A stretch of DNA of 64,000 nt from Macrostomum hystrix (taxonomy: Eukaryota > Animalia > Platyhelminthes): positions 15,438,001 through 15,502,000 of the forward strand of contig CATNEN010000038.1 of the NCBI GenBank assembly GCA_950097015.1, read 5' to 3'. Within the stretch, counting starts at the first letter, position 1. Every line of letters begins with the position of its first letter. A model generated the notes under the pieces. That model saw only the letters and a program-made list of their open reading frames with translations. It was not told the DNA's origin and made no database searches. Shown here piece by piece: positions 33,221-47,000 of the stretch. A program made the translations under genes and the position numbers.

Positions 33221-36200
33221 AGTTTTAAAAAGCTGTAAATTCAGCTGCTAAAAAGAATAAACTAGACGATTTAAAAATATTTCTGCTCCCCGAAGGGGGG
33301 CAAAACTTGCTAGTTCTTTACTTAAATGTACACAACTCAGGCTTGCCAAGTCAATAAGATAATAAAGTGACAAAAATTGTGGACACTTGATCATCCTTGA
33401 TTTTTTTATTTAGGATGTACATTAATAAATTCTGGTCCATACAAAAATGTGACTGAAAATAAACTAGTTTATAGTAAATTATTAAGTATTTAAACTTGTG
33501 TATTGCTGCACAAATACACAAAGCAGAAAGCAAACATTTCAATTTCCAAACATTTTCAATGTTTCCGATTTCAGTCACAATGAAGGGCCTAATGCCTAGC
33601 TGGAACAACAGCTTTATAATAATATGTTATTAATAGTTATTTGTTCTTAAAGTTTTATCCTTTTTCAAAATAGTCGTTTTGTCCGTCGGCAGACAAAAGG
33701 CGGCAGACGAAATCACCACGCACATATGGGCTATGGCCTAGTGGTTAAAAATAAGTCGAAAATTTCACGACTAGCCAATAAGAGTTTAGTTGACGGTTTG
33801 AGATTTGAGCGCATATCAATGCGGTTTAACATGCACAATAACATGCGGTTTAACATCAGGAATATAATGCATTAAAAATGGCGAAAGTCACTTACGTCTC
33901 TCTAGTGGGCAGTTTTTATCTACACCATTTTCTTTTTCTTTTAAATTGCGCATGCTGTTTCCAGGAACAAAGGAGAGCCTAACATCTATAAAGTTTATTG
34001 AAGAGAAGCATTCTTGTTTAAAAAGATGACTTGAAATAGTTTTTTGAACAAATTAATGCATTTTAGAAATTTTAGATGCAGATGTATTTAGTTAGCTTAA
34101 TGCTGACGTTTTTTCTGCTGAATTTACCGGGTTTTTCCAAACGCAACATAACGCAACACATGCTTTTGATATGCAAGTCAGTTTGAAATTGTTGAATAAT
34201 TCGAGTGCTCTTTCTTGCTGATATATTTTACTCGAATGGCAACAAAAGAATTAGTAACTAAAAAACAAATAAACTACAACTACTTTCTATAGACTGACAT
34301 TGGCTTTACTCTCAGTCTCACAGGATGACCACTTCTTGTAGCACATAAGGAATTATAAATTCTAGACATTTTTGTTTAATATTTTTGTGGGAGATTCTGA
34401 GAGAGAATGGCAAATAAATAGGATTAAACCTCAATTGAGTCAAGGGGACCTATTAAATATTGCTCAAATCTATTATTAGTTAGCCTTAAGTCTAAAGGCT
34501 TGTTTAGGGATCCAAATATATATAGGAATACTAGGCCTACTCTAAGTGGGACATAGTGATTTAAGTTTTTTAATGTCAGATAAATTCTGTGTGAATAATA
34601 AATTGTATTTACTTCTTTATATAGACATAGGGAGGTATTGATAATTACTACTATTTATAATATGATGGACCTTTTTGTCTTTAAAGGACTTTTGTAGGCA
34701 AACAAATATATCTAAATCAGACAACATGAAAATGATGACAAATAACAGCAACATCTAAATAGTTTTTAATAAAACTCATGGTTTTGTTAATTTGTTCATT
34801 AATAATTGTTCTTCAGAAAATTAGTTAAATCAAGACTAGTAATAATTTATTTTATAAAAACTATAAACAAACTTAGCTAAGTTGTCACTAAGTACTTGTA
34901 CTTTAAATAAATCTTTTATAAGATTTATATGTAAGTGACAATAGACAGGCCTAGTCACTCAATAAACAACATGTACTGTGGGTGAAGTATTAAGTAAATT
35001 GGAAAACCCAAAGAATTTTATTTTAGGATTAATGGTCAAGTAGCCTATCTTACTTTGCCTTTTTATTTATCCTACTACTTTTTGTAAGACTAGGCTAGGC
35101 CTAGAAAAGACTAGGCCTACAAGCAGATAAGGGCCTAGTCAGGTCAGGAGGTTGCCACATAGCCTACCGAACTCTTAGTCTGGCAGGGTGTTGCTAATTA
35201 GGGCCCTGTCCCTAAGTATCAAGCCATACCTTTCAAAAAGCAATAGTTTTTATTGGCTTAGCAAATTAAACCTACATACTCCAAGATGCTACTTTTAATC
35301 CAATTAAAAAACGAAACATGATTATCTAATTAAAACTAAATAAACAAGACAGTGACTGAGTTTAGTCTAGACAAAGAGCTTGTGCTTGTATCAATCAATT
35401 ACAAGCATTTGAAGCATAATGGTTCCAATAGCAAAGCCAATGAGGCACAAAAGGTGACAATCATTTTCTTTATAAAAAAGACAATCCAGGCCTTCTAATC
35501 CCTAAGGCAGGGCCTTTTGCATATCCTATTTCAAGTTATTCTAAAAAATGTAGCATTGAATCAGTGCAATTTCTCAACAGGCCATGATGGTTAATTAATT
35601 ATAGTGCAGTTGATATTGCACTAAATCTTAGCTGCCATGGAAATTTTATTACAGTTTCCTGTCACAACTATGAAAACCATACTAGCTTGTGTAGGAGGCC
35701 CCTTTGTATTTTTTATTAAGATGAGATTCTGGATATTCTCACAATTGGCACACATTACTTAAGACCCAGTTTTGACAGAGTCAGAATGTTCTCCTTAGGT
35801 GGCATTGACTTAGGTGCAGAGTGCCAATATTTTAACCATTGAAATAGAATTTAGGTGACTTCTTATGTTGGTCATACATGGCTCCATTCAAAAAACAACA
35901 AATATCAAAAATGAGATTATGATGCAATTGTTTTAGAATAATCTGTGAAAATCTGTCATTTACAACTATTCTAGATCTGTGTTTCTATTTTCTAAATCTG
36001 TGCTGTTTTTTTATTTTTTAGCCTGTCTGTGCCTTGGAGTTAAGGCCTTGCTTAAAGATAAAGGAAATTATTAGTGCTAATTTCTGGTGATATAAGTGCT
36101 CTGCTACATTGCTCAGGAACAAAATGTAAATTATGTAAATGTTTAAATGTAAATTCGTAATTTCCTACACTAGAAATTAACAGTTGGCCTACTCAATGCA

Positions 36201-36309
36201 CTTATCAAATAAAAACAAACTAAAATATTATCTTTACAGCTGGAAGTTATACAGGGTTTATTAATAAGCCAAGCCAAGCAAGCAAACACACTCGGATTAG
36301 AATTGCATA

Positions 36310-37868
36310 ATGGATAGGCAAGCCAAGATTGAGAAGCTCAAGGCCCAGGTAGACTCAGTCCGCATTGGAGGCAAAGGCTCCGCTCGACGCAAGAAGAAGG
36401 TTGTCCACAAGAACACTGGCAGCGATGAGCGCAAGATCACTGGCACTCTAAAAAAGCTGGCTGTCAGCTCCATTCCTGGCATTGAAGAGGTGAACATGTT
36501 TCGGGACAATGGCGAAGTCATCCACTTTAACAATCCGAAGGTACAGGCCTCGTTGCAGTCAAACACCTTCGCCATCAGTGGCCAATCGGAGGTTAAGAGC
36601 ATCACAGAAATGCTGCCAACCGTCTGGAACCAGATGGGGCCGGAGAGCTTTGCTAGTCTGAAGCGAATGGCCGCGGCTATGGGTGAGTCATGGCTGTGTA
36701 CCTGTGAACACAAGCTTATGCTAATGATAATAATAATAATTGCAAGAGGGCTGCAGTCAATGGCGCATCATTTGATGCTGTCACTAGACCCGCCGCCAGC
36801 GAGGAGGCACCTCTGTTCATTCCGCTGACTGCTGAGCACTCACGCACACGGATACTCTACTCGTACGCAGGTACACGCTCACACAGGCGTGTACATCTGC
36901 CCAGACTTTTTTTTATTGTCAGACACTGTACACTTTCACTGTACCTTGGAGGTTGGCCCTCGAGGGTGTAAATTGCACGACAACCCCCTAAGCCTTCTCT
37001 TCGCTGCTACGCCCCAAATAAATGTGGCCTCGCCGTGGAATCGAACTTAGGGACCGTGGGCGAGTGGCGAACGCGTTTACCGCTCTGCCACTGGCCCCCT
37101 CAAAGTTTATGCTTTGTAAAGATTTACCTTTCAAAATCATATTAAATGAATGAGTCGTTTGTTGATAAGGAATTGGGTCTTAGAAAGATAGGCATGAGTA
37201 TTTGATTTATATATACGAGGGGTGTGTCAAAAGTACCGAGAATCTAAGCATTTATTCGTAGTTTATTCGCAGATATTTTTATTCGAATCTAGAATTTTAT
37301 CCTTAATTTTGATTAGATAAGTCGTTGATTGATTAGGGAGTCGTATATTGATGTTGTAAATCGTAGCTTATAAAAGTATGAGTTATGAGTGAGTGATTGA
37401 GGTACTCACACGTAAGTGCCTAAGCAACATTTTAATTTTGTTTTAGTAGGGTAAACTAAAATTTGCAATTTACAATAAATCTTTTTGAAATGATTCTTCT
37501 TGTATGTTTTGACTAAGAGGCAATTGTAAACAAAGTTTTGTCGAGTCGTTATCATTGTTTCAATTTTAGATTCTTATTTCAAAAGTTGCATTTGCTTGAC
37601 CGTTTTTTCGTATCAATCATACAGCCTTCAACCCGGCAAAAGTAGAAATCATGGATGTTGTTTTTGTTGTTGTTAAAGTTGCACTGTAACCTCATATTTC
37701 TATTTCTTTTCTTCTATACCGCACCCATTTAAAGGCGCAGCGGCCGGTGCAAAGTCTGACGTAGCCGGCAAATCGGATGCCACCGGTCCTGGAGCTGCCG
37801 CGGCTGCCGACGATGAAGATGTTCCCGAGCTGACTGGCAATTTTGACGAGCAGTCCAAGACGGAGTAA
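36310..37868 (+). CDS. BTF3: Nascent polypeptide-associated complex beta / BTF3; exons 36310-36682 and 37735-37868
   Basis: [40 protein letters not shown]; C-terminal [19 protein letters not shown]. Confidence 0.96.
36725..37098 (-). mobile_element. SINE family B, full length, antisense in the BTF3 intron
   Basis: Reverse complement of the family B head, body and (ATT)n tail. Confidence 0.8.
37214..37430 (+). mobile_element. Possible mariner-like TIR remnant
   Basis: TA|cgaggggtgtgtcaaaagtaccgagaat resembles mariner termini; no partner TIR found. Confidence 0.35.
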
Positions 37869-39654
37869 AAATTATGCGTAGGATTAGGGATTTATAGTCG
37901 CCTTAAATAGGGAATTAAATTCTGGGATAATAATAATAATTCCAGTTGAAGTTTTATGAGCTAAAACTACAGGATAATGTTTCATTTTCTTGTCTGTTCC
38001 GTGTCTTGAAATATGCCTCAACTAAATGTAATTTTAGTCCTACTTCATTTGAGGTGGTGTTGTAACTCGCGTCTCTTTCGGAAAATGTGGAATAAATTTA
38101 TTTAAGGGCCTTCATTTGTTATTGTTAAAAACTAGCCTAGGATTTTTATGTGCATTAGCTGAAGAAGTACTAATCTCTTCTATGCCACTGGAATAACCAT
38201 TTAACCCATAAAAATTTCGTCCATCCGTTATTAAGCTGGGTTATTCTCTTGCTTTATGTCTGATGCGTTTTTCCTATTATTTATAATAGCTAATTTTTAT
38301 CAGTACTTTTTCTTTTCGCTTTGCTGCTGCTTTCGTGCGCTTAGTAGTTTCAGTTAAAATGAACCTTATCTTATTCAATTCTTTGGAAAAAATAATATTT
38401 TTAAATACATTTTCTATCATTTCATATACGTGGTGTCAATAACACAATACTTGACTCGACGTAAAAAATAGAATTATCTGTACTTCTGCCGTACTGCTTG
38501 GCGTTTCTCATTGGCAAATAGCAGTTTCAATAACTCTCATTAAACATCTATTTGTTCCTCGTGTATTGAAGACAGGAAATGAATAAATTTATTAAGACTC
38601 GCACTGTTCTTTTATCCCGTGTGGCGATTTGAGCTTGCAGTTATCTAAACCGGATTTAGAAATTCGTACCTTGAACCTTGGAATCATGAATTCGACTTTT
38701 CTCGTTTCTCATTTTCCAATTAAAAAAGTAACATCTTCCTGCTTCCTGAAATGCATATTAAAGGAGGACATTGTGCATTTTGATTTTTTAGCATAGGCAG
38801 GAAAGTAGCGTTTTATAAATGTGTGAATTACATAAGTTTCGTAAGTATTACATATATTACATACGTCCTTCTGCATTAAAGTTAGGTTTTAACTTAATCT
38901 TATAGGTTGCACTCAGATGCACTGTAAAAGTAGAATAACAACAATCGTCTCAGAATGCCATACGCACTTAGCTATTTTAATTGTTGACTAATTCATGCGA
39001 CTTGAAGCACTTAGAGGTTTCAAAATAACAGTAAAATAGCATACTTTACTGCTAGTTACGTAGACTTCATTGGCTACTTAGGATTTGCCGCGTTTTAAGA
39101 ATTTAAAGAAACGTAATCTGATAAATAATAAAAAGCAATTTAACTATTTTAGTTGTGCAATTTTTCTAACGATTAATGCTTTAAAAAATAAATTAAAATG
39201 TTCCTATGAATGCATATAAATTGTGCGAATTCGTAAAATTCATGCGCGAATCCGTAAGGAAAAAGTTAGCTTTCCTAGAAACGATTAAGTTAACTAGCAG
39301 CATCCTTCGACCTTCTGAATAAAATGTAATCATGTACTCATGATTCTCATGTACCTTCATTTTTGGAATATTAAAACCACAAAAAGCTTACCATTCTTTT
39401 GAAATTCTTTTCTCGGTCTAAGGTTAGGCCTATTGTGAGTAAAAATATTTAAATTAAAAATAAAAGTTCGTGTTGGTTAGAACTAGAAGTTACATGTCGA
39501 ATTGGCTTATGCATTGATGCATTTGCTGCCTAAAAGTCTAAAACCTAAGCCAACTTGGATTTGTTTACTAGACAAAAGGCTTGAGCTTCTTAGTTGTAAT
39601 GGGTACATTTTTTTGCTAACCCAGTAAAAATATAGCAAATTGATTAGGCCCTAA

Positions 39655-39935
39655 CATACATGCGCAACCTCCCATGTCTTAGACGGCCGTGCGACTTAGT
39701 TTTTGCTCTCATTTGCGACTTAGTTCGTTTCATTGCTCTATTTACGACTTAGTTTGCTCTCATTTGCTCTCTTTTTCTCTCCCCTTTTTCCTTTTCTTCA
39801 CGCCTTCCTTTTTGTCCCTTGGTCCCCCCTTTGATTTTTTTGCACTTGGTTGATTGGTTTTTGCGACTTACCTTGCTTGACCCTCGTTTCACCCGGCCAG
39901 TTCGGCCGGGTTGGCCAGGTGTTGAGCCAGGTATT
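39655..39935 (-). mobile_element. hAT-type MITE copy 1 (one TIR degenerate)
   Basis: Reverse complement of 40335-40614. Confidence 0.8.
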
Positions 39936-40334
39936 CTTAATGTTGATTAAGAATAGCTGGTTACATTTGTAGCATCAAATTAAATTTTTTTTTTGTTAGT
40001 CATATTTATAGAACTACCTTTGACTTGAGGTGGGATGGGCTTAACAATTTAAATACATAATTTTGTTATCATGTCATCCAAAATTTCAAAAAACAGATTA
40101 TATATTATTGGACATGCAGAGCAACAATAGTCATTCTAACCTTTTTAACTTTCCCTGATCTTACTTCTCTTGGCAATAAAAATCCTGCTGTAGCTTGGCC
40201 TACTTAAACTCCTAAACTCCAAAAGTAAAAAAATCATAATATAGGCCCCTACAGTTATTTTTTTCTTTTAATTGTTAACAACTACACCTTTTTTTAAGAT
40301 GTTTAGGCTAACAAAATAACTACAAAATCATTCA

Positions 40335-40614
40335 CATACATGCGCAACACCCGGCCGACCCGGCTGAACCGGCCGGGTGAAACGAGGGCCTAGCAAGGTA
40401 AGTCGCAAAAACCAATAGACCAAGCACAAAAAATCAAAGGGGGGACCATGGGACAAAAAAGGAAGGCGTGAAGAAAAGGAAAAAGGGGAGAGAAAAAGAG
40501 AGCAAATGAGAGCAAACTAAGTCGTAAATAGAGCAATGAAATGAACTAAGTCGCAAATGAGAGCAAAAACTAAGTCGCACGGCCGGCTAAGATTTGGGAG
40601 GTTGCGCATGTATG
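40335..40614 (+). mobile_element. hAT-type MITE copy 2 (280 bp)
   Basis: TIR catacatgcgcaac / gttgcgcatgtatg; perfect 8-bp TSD atcattca on both sides. Confidence 0.9.
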
Positions 40615-41766
40615 ATCATTCATTTAGTAAGTAATGCTTTGTTTATATTTGGTAGAAAAGATAACTAAACACTCTCATAAAATAGTAAAAAAAATTACTA
40701 TTTACAAGGCGTTGTGATTGCTACGTGAAAATTCTTGTAATTTGAAATGTTTGACTCAGGTAGGCCTAAAAAACTTCTTCTAAACCTAATATACAAAAAT
40801 GTTTTAATAGGCCTAGCTAAAAACTTATTGTAAGTTATTTTATTTGCAAAATGTTTAGCTGAATGTTTAAAATAGTAAAAATGTTGAGTTTGTTACTTTT
40901 TTATACACCTATTTTTTTTAATTTACCTGATAGCAATAACTTAATATTATGATATTGATAGTGCTTTGTACCAACTCATTTTGGCTTTCAAAAAGTTTTT
41001 AGTATAAACTGCATAATTTATACTATGGTCTGCATAGTGAGTATATATCAATGTATGTAAAATTGTGTAGCATGTAATATAATGCTAAACATTGACATCT
41101 AAACATACAAACCTAATGGCTCTGAGTAAAGAAAAAGTGCAAGTGAACATAAAGTCAGCCAAGCCTGTACTTCATGATTTATAATTGAGGAGATAGATTC
41201 ACAATGCATTGCTAAGCAAAAGTTTCAGGGCTACTTTGTCTATAGCATATATATCTACTTTATGTTTTGTATTTTGTATATATGAAGACAAGCTTTTTAG
41301 ATATTTATAGATTTATATATTATATATTTTTTATATAAATATATAATTATAGAAATTATATCATATTACTTTATATTAATATATCATAATATCATTAATA
41401 TATCATATTAATATATATGTGTATAAAGCATTAGGCCTATGAAGAAAATGTTTGAATAAATAAAAAATCTGTTTAACCAAAGAGTGAATTTAATAGAATG
41501 ACTAATCAAAGATAGCAAATAAATAATACATAAAAGTTAGTGAGTTTTCATTTGTAAAGTTTAAGGCCTTCCTTACCAGATATTTTTTGCTTCTTTTATT
41601 AATTTAAAAAAATTGTAGTTTTTATCCTGAAGGAGTTCAAGTTGTAAAATTCAAACTATAAATTACAGAAAAATTTTTAACCACTGTCATTCAAACAACT
41701 CATAGCCAGCTACTCTGGCAACTGTATTGATCGATTCTCATAAAAAACTGCTGCAGAAACTAAAGA

Positions 41767-43351
41767 ATGGATATAACTAGCATTGTGCAGGACAACGTCC
41801 TAACTAAAGCCAGCAAAAAATTCCTGCCTAAACTGCCGAATGGTCCTAGCGGAGACGCAGCCGATTTGATAATTGAGAATCAGACTGAGCAAGAAGACTT
41901 CCTGAGCAGCAGTGGCAGCGGCAGCATTCTGGAGCCAGTTGGCGGCGGTGGCAAGATTCGCGTCCTGCGTGCCACCAGCCAGCTGCGTGAGTTGCACACC
42001 CTGCTGCGCGATCGCGAGACCACCCGGTCTGATTTTGTGTTTTACGCCGATCGCCTCATCAGATTAGTTGTTGAGGAGGCGTTGAATTGTCTGCCTTACG
42101 AGCCGCTGTCTGTTGTAACTCCAGGCGGCCACCGGTATGACGGCCTGCGGTACACTCGCGGCAACTGCGGCGTCAGCGTAATGCGCTCCGGCGAGGCTAT
42201 GGAGAAAGGATTGCGCGATTGTTGCAGAGCGATTCGGATTGGCAAGGTGTGCCACATTATGAGCGACGGCATTTAATTAGTCGGCCTTCCATGTGCTTTA
42301 TCGCTTCTTGTAATTAGAGACAGGTCTCGCAGCCTAACTCTAATCTGAAGGATGCTCTTATTCAAAAGTAGTCCTTTGAGGCCCTAGATGCAGGAAACAC
42401 TTATCCAAACGTAACCAGAAGATCTCGCTTAGCCCAACACAAGCGCTTCTCCAAGCGTAACAACTTGTTCTCGTAGTCCCGTAGGAAACTCTTCTACTCT
42501 TGGAGAATAGCATCGTCCCGGTAGATTTCGTCCTGGTGAAGCTTCTCCAAGCTCAAGCTCGTGTCCTGTGCGTGGGGCCTTGTCCGTCGCGCGGTGGCTC
42601 TTGGGTGTCTCGTATTTATAGACAGCTCGGACCCCTTCCTGACCTGCCATTGGCTGGAGCTTTTCACGGGCTCTCATTGGCTGGAAAGATTATGCAGGCG
42701 GAAAATCCGTGGGCGTGCCAAGACTGCCATGGAAAAAACGGCCACAGCTTTCCTATACAGACACCCTAAAGACACTAACTAAATATTTACTAAGATGATA
42801 GATACTAAAAGCTATTCCATACAGCGGCGATGGCTAACATGTCGAAAGAGTGGAAACAAGTTACTAAGCCTATTAACTAGTGAGTCACTTACATAATCTA
42901 TTGCTAGAAATCCCAATCCAGTTTATCCCCTGCTAGAAATTCCTAATCCGCGTGGTTTATCTCTTGAAATCCCAGGTGATTTATTGCTAGAAATCGTTAC
43001 ACACACTAGGTTCTAATTCAACTAGACGACGAGCAAGGCGATGTGTCCGCTCAGACTTCAACAGCGGAGCCGGAGCCAGTGTACGTGAAGCTGCCACCAG
43101 GCATCCAGCAGCGCCGAGTCCTGCTGATGTACCCTGTGCTTGGCGATGGTCGAGTAGCGGCGAAAGCTCTCCAACTGCTGGTGCAGGACTACGCCATACC
43201 AGAGGACAGCATCTTCCTGCTCAATCTGTTCTCAACTAGGCGCGGCGTAGATGCTATATTGTCGGCTTTCCCCAAAGTCACCGTGCTAACCTCAGAGCTG
43301 CACGATCTGGTACCGTATCACTTCTGTGCCAAGTATTTTGGCACGGATTAG
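41767..43351 (+). CDS. UPRT: Uracil phosphoribosyltransferase homolog; exons 41767-42246 and 43010-43351
   Basis: [74 protein letters not shown]. Confidence 0.95.
42346..42893 (-). mobile_element. Solo LTR (548 bp) in the UPRT intron
   Basis: TG...CA termini with a perfect 5-bp TSD TAATC (42341-42345, 42894-42898); TATAAATA on the minus strand near 42615-42620. Confidence 0.8.
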
Positions 43352-44009
43352 ATTGTTTTGGTAAAGCTGAAGTGTTTGTTTTAGTTGATTCTGTCATTCA
43401 TTGTTACGTGTCCGCTGCCAAATTGAAGGTTAAAATGTCTGATATATTTCTATAGGTCTACTTATAGTAGCATGTTGCGCACAGGCGCTTTTTACGCGAA
43501 TATTTTTAGAGAATCGCGTCTTCTAAGTTAATTTAACTATGCATTGGCAATAAATCATTTAATTTGTTGTCTTCAATGCACATTACTCAACTCAACAAGC
43601 TGTTGTGTTTGAGTTTGTTGGATCTGTTTCGGTAAAATGACCCTAACGACGTTGACGACCACTTGTTTATTTTGTATTACTTCAATGTGAATTTTAGTTT
43701 TTTTAATCACGCATAAAAAGTTTTTCTATTTTGGGGCCGATTTACGTTTTTTCTTAACATTTCCTAAAGTACTTTTGTTCATTATTTCTATTTTTATCCA
43801 GCTGCTTAGTGTCAATGCCTTGTAATTATTAAAATTAAAATTATTAATTTTTAGTTTGGCATGTAACTTTTCTATATGCCAGCTTTATTTAGCACCAGTT
43901 TCTAAATATTTATTTTTTTTAAACTAGTTTTGTAAAGGTCTATAAAAAAATCAGAAGTTTTTTTACAAGCAATAGCTTTGAAAGGTTTGAAAGGTCCTAA
44001 GACTTCAAT

Positions 44010-47000
44010 ATACTCAGGCCTGGCTGCCCCACCACCTCAGATCCTCAGGCTTGGCTGCCACACCACCTTAGATCCTCAGGCTTGGCTGCCACACCACCTC
44101 AGATCCTCGGCTGCCCCACTACCTCAGATCCTCAGGCTTGGCTCCCACACCACCTCAGATCCTCAGGCTTTGCTGCCCCACCCACCACCTCAGATCCTCA
44201 GGCTTGGCTGCCACACCACCTCAGATCCTCAGGCTTTGCTGCCCCACCACCTCAGATCCTCAGGCTTGGCTGCCACACCACCTCAGATCCTCAGGCTTTG
44301 CTGCCCCACCCACCACCTCAGATCCTCAGGCTTGGCTGCCCCACCACCTCAGATCCTCAGGCTTGGCTGCCCCACCCACGACCTCAGATCCTCAGGCTTT
44401 GCTGCCCCACCCACCACCTCAGATCCTCAGGCTTTGCTGCCCCACCACCTTAGATCCTCAGGCTTGGCTGCCACACCACCTCAGATCCTCAGGCTTGGCT
44501 GCCCCACCACCTCAGATCCTCAGGCTTGGCTGCCACACCACCTCAGATCCTCAGGCTTTGCTGCCCCACCCACCACCTCAGATCCTCAGGCTTTGCTGCC
44601 ACACCACCTCAGATCCTCAGGCTTGGCTGCCACACCACCTCAGATCCTCAGGCTTTGCTGCCCCACCCACCACCTCAGATCCTCAGGCTTTGCTGCCCCA
44701 CCCACCACCTCAGATCCTCAGGCTTGGCTGCCACACCACCTCAGATCCTCAGGCTTGGCTGCCCCACCCACCACCTCAGATCCTCAGGCTTGGCTGCCAC
44801 ACCACCTCAGATCCTCAGGCTTGGCTCCCACACCACCTCAGATCCTCAGGCTTGGCTGCCACACCACCTCAGATCCTCAGGCTTGGCTGCCACACCACCT
44901 CAGATCCTCAGGCTTGGCTGCCCCACTACCTCAGATCCTCGGCTGCCCCACTACCTCAGATCCTCAGGCTTGGCTGCAACACCACCTTAGATCCTCAGGC
45001 TTGGCTGCCACACCACCTCAGATCCTCGGCTGCCCCACTACCTCAGATCCTCAGGCTTGGCTCCCACACCACCTCAGATCCTCAGGCTTTGCTGCCCCAC
45101 CCACCACCTCAGATCCTCAGGCTTTGCTGCCCCACCACCTCAGATCCTCAGGCTTGGCTGCCACACCACCTCAGATCCTCAGGCTTTGCTGCCCCACCCA
45201 CCACCTCAGATCCTCAGGATTGGCTGCCCCACCACCTCAGATCCTCAGGCTTTGCTGCCACACCACCTCAGATCCTCAGGCTTTGCTGCCCCACCCACCA
45301 CCTCAGATCCTCAGGCTTGGCTGCCCCACCACCTCAGATCCTCAGGCTTGGCTGCCCCACCCACGACCTCAGATCCTCAGGCTTTGCTGCCCCACCCACC
45401 ACCTCAGATCCTCAGGCTTGGCTGCCACACCACCTCAGATCCTCAGGCTTGGCTGCCCCACCACCTCAGATCCTCAGGCTTGGCTGCCACACCACCTCAG
45501 ATCCTCAGGCTTTGCTGCCCCACCCACCACCTCAGATCCTCAGGCTTTGCTGCCACACCACCTCAGATCCTCAGGCTTGGCTGCCACACCACCTCAGATC
45601 CTCAGGCTTTGCTGCCCCACCCACCACCTCAGATCCTCAGGCTTTGCTGCCCCACCCACCACCTCAGATCCTCAGGCTTGGCTGCCACACCACCTCAGAT
45701 CCTCAGGCTTGGCTGCCCCACCCACCACCTCAGATCCTCAGGCTTGGCTGCCACACCACCTCAGATCCTCAGGCTTGGCTCCCACACCACCTCAGATCCT
45801 CAGGCTTGGCTGCCACACCACCTCAGATCCTCAGGCTTGGCTGCCACACCACCTCAGATCCTCAGGCTTGGCTGCCCCACTACCTCAGATCCTCGGCTGC
45901 CCCACTACCTCAGATCCTCAGGCTTGGCTGCCACACCACCTTAGATCCTCAGGCTTGGCTGCCACACCACCTCAGATCCTCGGCTGCCCCACTACCTCAG
46001 ATCCTCAGGCTTGGCTCCCACACCACCTCAGATCCTCAGGTTTTGCTGCCCCACCCACCACCTCAGATCCTCAGGCTTGGCTGCCACACCACCTCAGATC
46101 CTCAGGCTTTGCTGCCCCACCACCTCAGATCCTCAGGCTTGGCTGCCACACCACCTCAGATCCTCAGGCTTTGCTGCCCCACCCACCACCTCAGATCCTC
46201 AGGCTTGGCTGCCCCACCACCTCAGATCCTCAGGCTTGGCTGCCCCACCCACGACCTCAGATCCTCAGGCTTTGCTGCCCCACCCACCACCTCAGATCCT
46301 CAGGCTTGGCTGCCACACCACCTCAGATCCTCAGGCTTGGCTGCCCCACCACCTCAGATCCTCAGGCTTGGCTGCCACACCACCTCAGATCCTCAGGCTT
46401 TGCTGCCCCACCCACCACCTCAGATCCTCAGGCTTTGCTGCCCCACCACCTCAGATCCTCAGGCTTGGCTGCCACACCACCTCAGATCCTCAGGCTTTGC
46501 TGCCCCACCCACCACCTCAGATCCTCAGGCTTTGCTGCCCCACCCACCACCTCAGATCCTCAGGCTTGGCTGCCACACCACCTCAGATCCTCAGGCTTTG
46601 CTGCCCCACCCACCACCTCAGATCCTCAGGCTTTGCTGCCACACCACCTCAGATCCTCAGGCTTGGCTGCCCCACTACATCAGATCCTCGGCTGCCCCAC
46701 TACCTCAGATCCTCAGGCTTGGCTGCCACACCACCTCAGATCCTCAGGCTTTGCTGCCCCACCCACCACCTCAGATCCTCAGGCTTGGCTGCCACACCAC
46801 CTCAGATCCTCAGGCTTTGCTGCCCCACCACCTCAGATCCTCAGGCTTGGCTGCCACACCACCTCAGATCCTCAGGCTTTGCTGCCCCACCACCTCAGAT
46901 CCTCAGGCTTGGCTCCCACACCACCTCAGATCCTCAGGCTTGGCTGCCACACCACCTCAGATCCTCAGGCTTTGCTGCCCAACCCACCACCTCAGATCCT

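Larger units (their letters stand above)
30755..33313 (+). mobile_element. Non-autonomous Helitron containing two satellite arrays
   Basis: A|TC 5' end followed by aacggctcaaccgatttt; 3' hairpin ccccgaagggg about 12 nt before CTAG|T; same 3' end at 61275. Confidence 0.8.
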
